Shown here in pieces: positions 55,977-64,000 of a stretch of DNA of 64,000 nucleotides. The notes under the pieces were generated by a model. It saw nothing but the letters and a program-made list of their open reading frames with translations, did not search any database and was not told where the DNA came from. The DNA comes from a virus. The stretch spans positions 1-64,000 of IMG/VR virus record IMGVR_UViG_3300049489_000842; one strand, written 5' to 3'. The translations under genes were made by a program, and so were the position numbers. Numbering within the stretch: position 1 is the first letter of the stretch; each line of letters starts with the position of its first letter.

Positions 55977-58070
55977 ATATAAAGAAAGAGCTGAAGAAAT
56001 CTTAAAAATGAATATCTGTATAGATGTAATTGGAGAGGATACGAGTACTTATGCTTATACTATTAAAGCCATGTGCCAGTTGGCAGAAGAAGTTGAAAAA
56101 GTCTACAGAGATCCTTTAATGTTTGGAGAAGAAGGTTCTATACAAAAGGTATATTCAAAAGCTTATGTAGAAGAACTCCTGCAAAAACAGAGAGAACTGT
56201 GTCTTGAAACTGTAAAATCAGATGCGATGAAACTTTATGACTCTGATGTTCCTGATTGTTGGGATGGAGATAGTATTCTAAACGCAAAACTTAAAATTGA
56301 TGGATGCTAAATTAAGATTTAAAGAAGGTTGGATAATGTTACTTCGCCCTTTTAGGTTTGCTGAACTTAAACAGCCTTTACAAAAGATGACTATACTGTA
56401 CGCTTATTCTGAAAAACCTATGCTCAAAGTTGAATTGAGTGAAAAAGGAAAGGAGGCTATCAGTGAGCTTTATAATCATAGTTTTGAAGGTGATCCAGGC
56501 AGACTGTTTATGGAGCCTGAAGATGAGTATTATACTAGAATCCAATTATCAGAAGATGCTATTTTTAAAGCATATTCTACTGTAGAAATATACTCTGGAG
56601 AAGTAGTACAATGCTATGTAGAAAAAACTATGTGTCGATTTTATCCTGATGAGTATACTGTAATACGTAGAGAAACTTTTGAAGAAGTTATGACCTCAGA
56701 GGAATACACTATGGACATAGAATCAGGTAGTTATTATGATATAGAAAATATCCAAGATAAAGTACATTATGTTAGAAGTAGAGGAATAGATGATACGTTA
56801 GCAAAACGTATGTGTTCTTCTGAAGCTAAGGATTCAGTAATTTTTAGGCCTAAGCGGGAACTACTAGAGATATTCTGTAGGGAACATGAAATTTATTAAA
56901 AACTTAAAATTGATTGATTATGTCTGATATTGAAGTAGATAAATGTGATTTTTGTCAAAAGATAGTACAAGTAGTGAGAACTTATTTAAGGCCTTCTTTG
57001 TTTATAAAACCATCTGTGTTTGAGGAATATAAAGACCTCTATAATTCAGGTAATTATTTTATTATAATCAAAACTTGTAATAGTTGTGGTAAACCTAAAA
57101 TTGATTAATATGGAAAAGATACTAAGAAAAGTCAGTACGAAGGATAGACTTCCTGAACCTTTAGAAGAAGTTTTTTGTGATTGTGGCGAATACGGATTAA
57201 ATGTGCTTTATCTTAATAAAGACCATGCCATTAAAAAATTTGATAAATGGACTATTTCTAATTCTGGATACAACGCTTTGTTTGAGCCAGAATATTGGTA
57301 TGAAGAAGTTGATTTGATCGAATTACTGCCTAAGCAAGCTATTTCTCATTTAGCTTTATATGATGAAGCTAAAGAAAGATATGAAAAAGCTATGTCTGTA
57401 CTAAAAAATGGAAATTACATCAGAACTAGTATGGTTCATATTGAAAAAGCACTTAAAATTGCAGCAGGTATTAAGGAGGAATAATTATGACAGTACAAGA
57501 AATGGATAAATCCCTTACTACTTCATGGAAACAAATGCCGGAATGGTGGGGGAATCCAGAACTAGGTTTTGAGTGCTGGGGTAAGAGATATGAAAAAAAC
57601 TATGGTACTTATAAAGTCTACATATTTGGTAAAAAAGATTACGGGAAAAATAGTCCGCAATATGATTACACTAATAAGGACCCAGAAAAAGGTTTCTATG
57701 ATGAATCTACTAGATATATTAAAGGATATGTTGATCATAGTGATTGGAGTTTTTGTGTTAGGGGATGTTATTCCGGTTCAGTAGGTTATGCACATTTAAA
57801 TGACATATTACCTCAAAGCGGAGAAGAGGCATGTAAAATGCTTGACGAAATATTTAAAAAAGAAAGGATTTACTAATGAAAAGTTATAAAATTGAAATAA
57901 CACAACGTGAAGATAATAGTATTAGTATGACAAGGACCAATGATGGTTTTAATCTAGCTGAATTATTAGGTTTTTTAGAACTTGTAAGAATGGAACTTTA
58001 TGCTATTTTTAAACAGGAAATTAAAGTAGATGAAATTAAAAGAAATACTATTATAGATGGCAAAGATTAA
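55966..58070 (+). CDS. Run of six tightly packed hypothetical genes (55966-56310, 56297-56899, 56914-57108, 57086-57484, 57487-57876, 57876-58070)
   Basis: Co-oriented ORFs with overlapping or abutting stops and starts; no confident family. Confidence 0.65.
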
Positions 58071-59268
58071 AGAATGGTGGGAATATGTCCAACCGGGGCA
58101 TACTCTTAAATGCATAGATGTTAAATTACCGGAAGGTGTTAAAGAACCAGTACTAGGGGCTGGCTATGGTGGATCAGGGTGGTCAAAAGCTGCAATAATA
58201 AAAGTGCGAGTTATAAATGTACATGGTGATCATGCAGTATTCTTTTATGAAGGTTCTATATGTGGAGTTTATTCTTATGCTTGTGAGCCTTGTTATCAAG
58301 TTGGAGATTGGGTTATAGATGAGTCAGCTAAGGCTCCTGCAGCCTATAAGATTATTTCTGTAAATGGAGATATACTTATGGCATCTAAAAACTCTTGTTT
58401 TTATTCTAATCAACATGGGTTAAGGTATGCTACTAAAAAAGAAATTGACAAAGCAATTCTTTTAAATAACTCTCTTTCTGTAAACGATCTTATTATAGGT
58501 AATTTTTATAAAATTACAGACGCTAATGGCACTTTCCTTATAATTAAATTCCTTTATAAACCGGACGACCCTAATAGAATCGCAGGAACTTATATTTCCA
58601 ACATGAATTCTATATGGGAGTTTAAAACATCAAGCCATGTTTGGCATCATGAAAGACGTTTAGAGGTTGCTACTGAAGAAGAAACTATATGGCTTGAGGC
58701 TTGTATTAAAGAAGATAAGTTTATAAAAAAAGAGGATATAAAAAAAGATACTTTACCTGAAAAATGGTGCGTAAAAGTTTCTGATATTCCTAGGGATTTA
58801 ATGGAAAAGTGGCGGAAAGCTGCTTTAGGTATTAGTACTTATGTTGATGATAATGAGTATTTAGAGCACACATCCTTTAGAATAGACCCCTATAGGTATC
58901 CTGATCGTATAATACTACCTTTCGAACAGGTTAAAGACTATATCTATAGTAAAATAGGTATGACAGAGATTCCAGAGTTACGACCTACTACAGAAGAAGG
59001 GTGTACTGAATGTGATGGTACAGGTTATGTTATGACTGCAAAATTATACCCATCTGGACATACTGAAGTAAGCGAAATTTGTGAAGTTTGTGGAGGAGAA
59101 GGTGTTTTAGAAAAGGAGGAAACAATGAATGACCTAGAAAAAGTTAACTCCATGCTTAATATGGAGTCTAATTTAAGAAGAACTCATAGCGGTGATGACG
59201 TACAATTACCTAAATTTGTATTGACTAAAGAGTACGTAAATTACTTCGAGAAAATAGAAGATGAATAG
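58057..59268 (+). CDS. Mosaic multi-domain hypothetical protein with a DnaJ-type Zn finger
   Basis: Several short modules; CTECDGTG...CEVCGGEG near the C-terminus. Confidence 0.7.
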   Translation: MAKIKEWWEYVQPGHTLKCIDVKLPEGVKEPVLGAGYGGSGWSKAAIIKVRVINVHGDHAVFFYEGSICGVYSYACEPCYQVGDWVIDESAKAPAAYKIISVNGDILMASKNSCFYSNQHGLRYATKKEIDKAILLNNSLSVNDLIIGNFYKITDANGTFLIIKFLYKPDDPNRIAGTYISNMNSIWEFKTSSHVWHHERRLEVATEEETIWLEACIKEDKFIKKEDIKKDTLPEKWCVKVSDIPRDLMEKWRKAALGISTYVDDNEYLEHTSFRIDPYRYPDRIILPFEQVKDYIYSKIGMTEIPELRPTTEEGCTECDGTGYVMTAKLYPSGHTEVSEICEVCGGEGVLEKEETMNDLEKVNSMLNMESNLRRTHSGDDVQLPKFVLTKEYVNYFEKIEDE

Positions 59269-59292
59269 TAATAAACAATTAAATTAAAATTT

Positions 59293-59751
59293 ATGACAAA
59301 AGCAGCTAAAAGTAAAGTAGTAGAAGAATCCAAATCTTTAGGGGATAGGGCTTCTGAGTTTTTAAACATCTCAGCAAAAGAGAATATCGATATGTTTGAG
59401 GAGAAGATGACTAGTCATTGGACTCAACAAATCCGGAAAGCTAAATCAAAATTAAACTCTTTAAAAGAGGATTTTGATAATGAGATGAGGGATCATCAGT
59501 ATAGGTTGGATGAGTTAAGAAAAGAATGCTCAAACTCTTTCTTAAGGATTAACATTAACAGAGTTAGTTCTGTTATAGATCGCCAAAATTATGTCGAGTC
59601 TTATGAAACTCAAATCAACGATGCCTTTAACTTATATCGAAACTATGAAAGAGCAGTAGATATGTTCGTAAACAGTTACGAAATAGAGGCAAAAACACTT
59701 AACTCTAGAATCAGCTTCTGGGAAGAATGCCTGAAGTTCGGTAAGGAGTAG
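59293..59751 (+). CDS. Coiled-coil hypothetical protein
   Basis: 152 aa, helical; followed by the hairpin ACCCGGT-GTAAT-GCCGGGT. Confidence 0.7.
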   Translation: MTKAAKSKVVEESKSLGDRASEFLNISAKENIDMFEEKMTSHWTQQIRKAKSKLNSLKEDFDNEMRDHQYRLDELRKECSNSFLRININRVSSVIDRQNYVESYETQINDAFNLYRNYERAVDMFVNSYEIEAKTLNSRISFWEECLKFGKE

Positions 59752-59816
59752 CTCTCTTAACCCGGTGTAATGCCGGGTATATTTTAACATTTTTAAATAA
59801 CAAAAACGAAATTAAA

Positions 59817-60335
59817 ATGAAAACTATTTTTATAACTTTTATACTTTTAAATATTTTAGGGTTTAATTCTATTAAGTTAAATCCAGGTTTTGTACATCCT
59901 ACTGAACAGAAAGGATATTACGTTGCACAATCTTTTGGTAATTACTCTAAAAGAGGAGTACACTTAGGTGTAGATATAACAAAACGTGGTGCTCCAAATG
60001 CCGATTTAGGAGAACCTGTGTACGCTATATGCGATATGACTATATCCTCTGTTAATGGTAACAATAAAGGTTATCTTTCTGCAATAGCTAAAATGGACGG
60101 TAAGTACTATAGAATTATATATTTACATTTAGATACTATCTTTGTAAAAGAAGGATGGAAAGTAAACTGTGGAAGATACATAGGAACTATAGGAAATGAC
60201 GAAGGAAGTACTACGGCCCATCTACACCTTGAAATAACATCTGATACTACTAAGTACTTAGGGGCTTACGGAGCTTTAGAATTCAATGAATCTTTTATGG
60301 ATCCTATGAAACTTATACCTAAATACAAAGAATAA
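59817..60335 (+). CDS. M23 family metallopeptidase with N-terminal signal/anchor
   Basis: HLGVD, Y.HLD and AHLHLEI motifs. Confidence 0.88.
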   Translation: MKTIFITFILLNILGFNSIKLNPGFVHPTEQKGYYVAQSFGNYSKRGVHLGVDITKRGAPNADLGEPVYAICDMTISSVNGNNKGYLSAIAKMDGKYYRIIYLHLDTIFVKEGWKVNCGRYIGTIGNDEGSTTAHLHLEITSDTTKYLGAYGALEFNESFMDPMKLIPKYKE

Positions 60336-60387
60336 CAGTAACAAAAAGGGATATTGTTCCATATATATATATATATTGACTTTTTAG

Positions 60388-60417
60388 ACAGGGGAGTAAA
60401 ATCCCCTGTTTTTTTTT
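60388..60417 (+). terminator. Terminator between convergent operons, preceded by (AT)8 at 60361-60376
   Basis: ACAGGGGA-GTAAAA-TCCCCTGT-TTTTTTTT. Confidence 0.85.
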
Positions 60418-60418
60418 A

Positions 60419-61996
60419 TTATTTATTTATACCACTCTTTTTTGCGTACTCTACATTTCTATTGTGTTTTTTAGCCCTTTCTATTTTAGCCTTATCCCAA
60501 CTTTGGTGTTCGTTTAAAGCAGTAGCGTAATAAACATCTTTTTCTTTCATGAAGTCTTCAGGGTAATAATCCGCTTTTCCGGAATTACCAACGGAATATA
60601 CATTACCATAATCGTACATTATATGATCTCCATTTTCATCTATACCTACAGATGTCAATGAATGTCTAGTTCGTATAGCTTGTTCTCCTATATTCTCTTT
60701 AATAGTTTTACCTTTTTCAGTTCTTTCTATAGAAATTTTATCTCCACTATTGGTGTAAGTCATACCAGTGTCTGCATCTCCTGTATTAAATATAGTACCA
60801 ATAGGTACGTTATCCCAAGTTTTAGCGAACTCATTTCTACTTTTTTCTATTGATTCATAAAACTCTCCGGCTCTTTCTTCATCTATTTCTGTCTTAGCTT
60901 TATTTAAGTAATCAGATTTTTTAACTGATGGCTTTAACAGAGTTTTTCCAAATCCAAAATGTTCAGCTATAGATGGTAATTCCCAAGAATCTAATCCTGG
61001 AAAGTCATTATTATTTAAATAGCCAGATTGACCTGTTCTTATTTTAGCTCCTTTAAGGTTCTTATCTCGTATACTATAATAGGATGGTAAGTCTGGGTTG
61101 ATTATACTTTGTGCTCTACATGCTGAACCTAAACAACCTTGAGAATCCGCATAAGGAGCCCCTTCAAATTTTTCAACAGGTTTTCCTTTATCATTAAAGG
61201 CTCCTGTATAGTTGTTAAACCATTCCCTTCCTGATGTATTCCATGCATTTACTGTAGATTCAATATCAGATTTTCGTAAACTAGCACTTTTAGGTAATGT
61301 TACTATATCCTCTCCGAACTCTTTTGTAAAGTCTTCAGGTAATTCTTCTAATGGAGTTCTATATTTAGGGACATTTACTTTATTTTCTTGTTTTGGTATC
61401 TTAAGTCCATCAGCTGCTTTCACGTATCCCCCAGTTTTAAACTGGTTTGTACTAGCAACGTTTTGTGATTGAGACTGTCCAGTTCCTTCTAAAAGTGCCT
61501 CATAATCAACAGGTAATTCTAAACCTCTTTCTTTTAATCCTGGTAAATCTCTCTTCCTTATAGGAAGGATTTTATTTGTTTTTACATATTCTTCATGTGT
61601 TCCTTTTTTATAAGGACCATAATCTTCATTAGAATAATACCCTAATATAAAGTCGTCAGCTTCAGCACCAACTAAACCTTTGTATTTACTTAATCCAGCA
61701 CTTGTAGAGAACCATTTAGTTTTATCTGATGGTTGAAACATAGGAGGTGCATTAAGGCCTTGTGATCCTGCAGGAGGATCTGTAGGGTTTTTCTTTTTAG
61801 TAGGTAACATCAAAGTACCATCCTCGGCATAGTCCTCTTCCAAAGGAAGAGTATTTACTATCTGATCTATACCTTCATAATCCTCTTGTTCTAGTAACGA
61901 CCTAACTCTACCGCCAAGGTACTTCGGGATAACCGCGTAACTTCCATTTCCACTTCTTAATATAAGCTCTCCACCTTCTGCTTCTACTTTTTTCAT
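60419..61996 (-). CDS. Putative virion cargo protein; C-terminal region may be a papain/CHAP-like peptidase
   Basis: N-terminal EAEGGEL; AEDG, KTGG and AADG motifs; C-terminal GC..SA...DSW...RHS motif (inference). Confidence 0.55.
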   Translation of the reverse strand: MKKVEAEGGELILRSGNGSYAVIPKYLGGRVRSLLEQEDYEGIDQIVNTLPLEEDYAEDGTLMLPTKKKNPTDPPAGSQGLNAPPMFQPSDKTKWFSTSAGLSKYKGLVGAEADDFILGYYSNEDYGPYKKGTHEEYVKTNKILPIRKRDLPGLKERGLELPVDYEALLEGTGQSQSQNVASTNQFKTGGYVKAADGLKIPKQENKVNVPKYRTPLEELPEDFTKEFGEDIVTLPKSASLRKSDIESTVNAWNTSGREWFNNYTGAFNDKGKPVEKFEGAPYADSQGCLGSACRAQSIINPDLPSYYSIRDKNLKGAKIRTGQSGYLNNNDFPGLDSWELPSIAEHFGFGKTLLKPSVKKSDYLNKAKTEIDEERAGEFYESIEKSRNEFAKTWDNVPIGTIFNTGDADTGMTYTNSGDKISIERTEKGKTIKENIGEQAIRTRHSLTSVGIDENGDHIMYDYGNVYSVGNSGKADYYPEDFMKEKDVYYATALNEHQSWDKAKIERAKKHNRNVEYAKKSGINK

Positions 61997-62505
61997 ACCA
62001 TTTCGTTTATCTGGTTATCTAATAATTTTAATGATTCTCTGGATATACTTCCGTCTTCTTCAGTAAGGGATTCAAGGATGTCACATAGAGTTGTAGTCTT
62101 TTCAATCTCCTCTACTTGTTCATTGAGATATTTCTGAGCTAAAGCTAACGTCATAAAAGATCCTTCTTCCATAGCTGCTTTAGCAAGCTTCTCGCATTGA
62201 TTTGTAATCTCTACTTCATGCTTAAATGCTGCAATAAGTACGTCTTTTAAACAAGGGAAAGTATCAGGTTCTGGAGCTTTTAAAGCCGGAACTGTAGGAT
62301 TAATATCAAGGGAAAGTAGATACTTGTATGCCCATTCTGCGTGAGTAGCTTCTTCTTCTGAATACTTTTTGAACAGTTTTTCTGCTCCAAGGTATCCATG
62401 GTATCCCATACAAATAGACATCCTTTTATAGAGCCTACTTGAGTACTCTTCCTGTTCTATTCTATAGTTCAGAAGATCAATAAGTTTTTTAGGTAGTAAA
62501 TCCAT
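61993..62505 (-). CDS. Ferritin (non-haem type)
   Basis: EEYSSRLY, EEATHA, HEVEIT and EQVEE ferroxidase-centre pattern. Confidence 0.88.
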   Translation of the reverse strand: MDLLPKKLIDLLNYRIEQEEYSSRLYKRMSICMGYHGYLGAEKLFKKYSEEEATHAEWAYKYLLSLDINPTVPALKAPEPDTFPCLKDVLIAAFKHEVEITNQCEKLAKAAMEEGSFMTLALAQKYLNEQVEEIEKTTTLCDILESLTEEDGSISRESLKLLDNQINEMV

Positions 62506-62516
62506 CTTTATAAAAT

Positions 62517-64000
62517 TTAATTTTTATATCTTTTCTTTTTAAGTACTCTTTGTGGGGTCTTATCAAAAGATGCTGTAGATTCTAGTGTTTCGGTTGGAGT
62601 ATCCTGAACCATAATATGTACACCATATTCAGCTTTAATACTTGTTTCCCCCCTTACCATTTGCACACCTTCATCTCCTATTTTTAGTTTAATACCTCCA
62701 TTAGCATGTGATGGTCCTTCTAAATCTTTAACAAGTTCCCACTTTCCACCTACAAAGTTATTACTATTTTTAATATAGGCTCCATCTTTTTTATCAGATT
62801 TACCACCGACTAAACTCCAAGAGTCGCTTTTTATTCCATGGTTTCTTGCTTGTACAATACCTCCATATTTCATGTTATGTTGGCCTATTTTAGCATTAGA
62901 TAAGCTCCATGTTTCCCCTGAGTAGTGATAAGGTTTAGTTATAACTAAACCGTGTTCTGCATATATGGAAGGATTAGCGTCAACAGCTGTCCATCTAGAA
63001 CCGGTTTTAGCCCCACCTCCACATTTAGAAATTAGTTCTTTACCCAAAGAAACAAGGCTTTTAAGATTTATATTATCCAGAATAGAATCATTATCCAGTT
63101 TATCTTTTAAACTTTTAGAAACATCATTATTTCCAATAACTTTATTGGAAAACTTAGCTACCTTTTCTAGGTATGCTTGAAACTCATCCGGAGCCTCAGT
63201 AGATACTATTTCAGTATTTACTGGGGTTTTTTCTTTTTTTACAGGCTCAACGATAGCTTCCTCATTTTGCTCCGGATTAAACGTTCTGTCTATACCTAAT
63301 CTTTTATATAAGTCGGTTATGAGTGTATTTGCATCTCTTTTTGCTCTTTTACTCTCTCCATTTTCTACGATATCATTTAAAACAGATAAGGCAATAGCAG
63401 CTTTATCAATAGGAATATCTTTCTTAAAATCCCTAATCATCTCTGATATATAGTCATACTTATTTGAGTCTACTTTATTATTCCATACAGTTTTCCAGTC
63501 TTTTGCTGAATCTATAAAGGATTCTATATACTCTTTAAGTACCTGCTTAAAAATATCTGGCTCCATTATAACCATCTGGTTTATCTGGTTGACAAAGACA
63601 GTACCTTTAGGTTTAATCACATCTCCGTTATATGGCATGTAGTTATTGAATGTTTTTGTCTTTCCGCTTCCACTCATATCTGGCATAACTAATTCTACCT
63701 GAGATATCGTAAGTACATCCGCTATAATACTTTCTATAAACTCGTCGTTAAGTCCAAGAGCTTTTAGTAAAGACCTATACAACTGTTTAGCTGCTTCCCA
63801 TATCTTTTTGCCTAAGTTAGTCTTTAGCATAGTAGGTTCGGACCCGGCATGAGCAACAAACTCATGAATGTTGGATAAAGAGTATAAGTAAGTAGAGTTA
63901 GCCATACCTGTTATACCCCTCATCTTAGCTAATTCCATCTCTGTAAATGAGGATACTTTTGTGAAATAGCTTATATCCTGGTTTATCTTTTCTCTCTCTT
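62517..64000 (-). CDS. C-terminal part of a large virion protein, open beyond the window edge
   Basis: The frame stays open upstream of 63938 (EREKINQDISYFTKVSSFTEM...). Y.L.N.HEFVA motif as in zincin C-termini; GPSHANGG motif and short W-containing repeats at the C-terminus. Confidence 0.7.
   Translation of the reverse strand, partial: EREKINQDISYFTKVSSFTEMELAKMRGITGMANSTYLYSLSNIHEFVAHAGSEPTMLKTNLGKKIWEAAKQLYRSLLKALGLNDEFIESIIADVLTISQVELVMPDMSGSGKTKTFNNYMPYNGDVIKPKGTVFVNQINQMVIMEPDIFKQVLKEYIESFIDSAKDWKTVWNNKVDSNKYDYISEMIRDFKKDIPIDKAAIALSVLNDIVENGESKRAKRDANTLITDLYKRLGIDRTFNPEQNEEAIVEPVKKEKTPVNTEIVSTEAPDEFQAYLEKVAKFSNKVIGNNDVSKSLKDKLDNDSILDNINLKSLVSLGKELISKCGGGAKTGSRWTAVDANPSIYAEHGLVITKPYHYSGETWSLSNAKIGQHNMKYGGIVQARNHGIKSDSWSLVGGKSDKKDGAYIKNSNNFVGGKWELVKDLEGPSHANGGIKLKIGDEGVQMVRGETSIKAEYGVHIMVQDTPTETLESTASFDKTPQRVLKKKRYKN

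Noticed and set aside
60361-60376. (AT)8 microsatellite as a phase-variation switch
   Set aside because: It lies between convergent stop codons beside a terminator, with no promoter or reading frame to switch.
1-64000. Stop-codon reassignment (TAG or TGA), common in crAss-like phages
   Set aside because: Long genes on both strands are intact in code 11, TAG and TGA end genes at sensible positions, and no suppressor tRNA was seen.

Overview
This 64 kb window is an AT-rich lytic dsDNA phage segment with the gene set and order of a crAss-like phage (Crassvirales or a close relative). The inferred host is Bacteroidota, based on TAnnTTTG -7 promoter motifs and A-rich, SD-less start regions. Standard genetic code 11 gives intact long ORFs. 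Layout: (1) 1-21507, minus strand, virion/late module: tail fibre (open at the window edge), circularly permuted FISUMP protein, hub/ring-like proteins, auxiliary and major capsid, portal, terminase, DHH phosphoesterase, GroES-like, HU-like, degenerate amidase, RepL-like. (2) 21580-22240, strand-switch region with six palindromic 17-bp sites, three at 22-bp spacing, a candidate origin/operator. (3) 22249-27300, plus-strand early region where short ORFs alternate with about 1.8 kb of densely structured non-coding RNA; it also holds a tandem pair of membrane-anchored GIY-YIG/URI-like paralogues. (4) 27909-45866, replication block: PolA split by a group I intron with an HNH ORF, SF2 helicase, DnaB, AAA ATPase, primase, rIIA/rIIB, 5'-3' exonuclease, DnaA-domain-IV protein, transglycosylase. 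(5) An isolated 2231-aa minus-strand giant virion protein. (6) 52640-60335, accessory small genes: dUTPase, a dNMP kinase whose P-loop is broken by a 5-nt insert behind a hairpin, and an M23 peptidase. (7) Minus-strand cargo-like proteins flanking a ferritin. All family calls come from motif recognition by eye; no searches were run.
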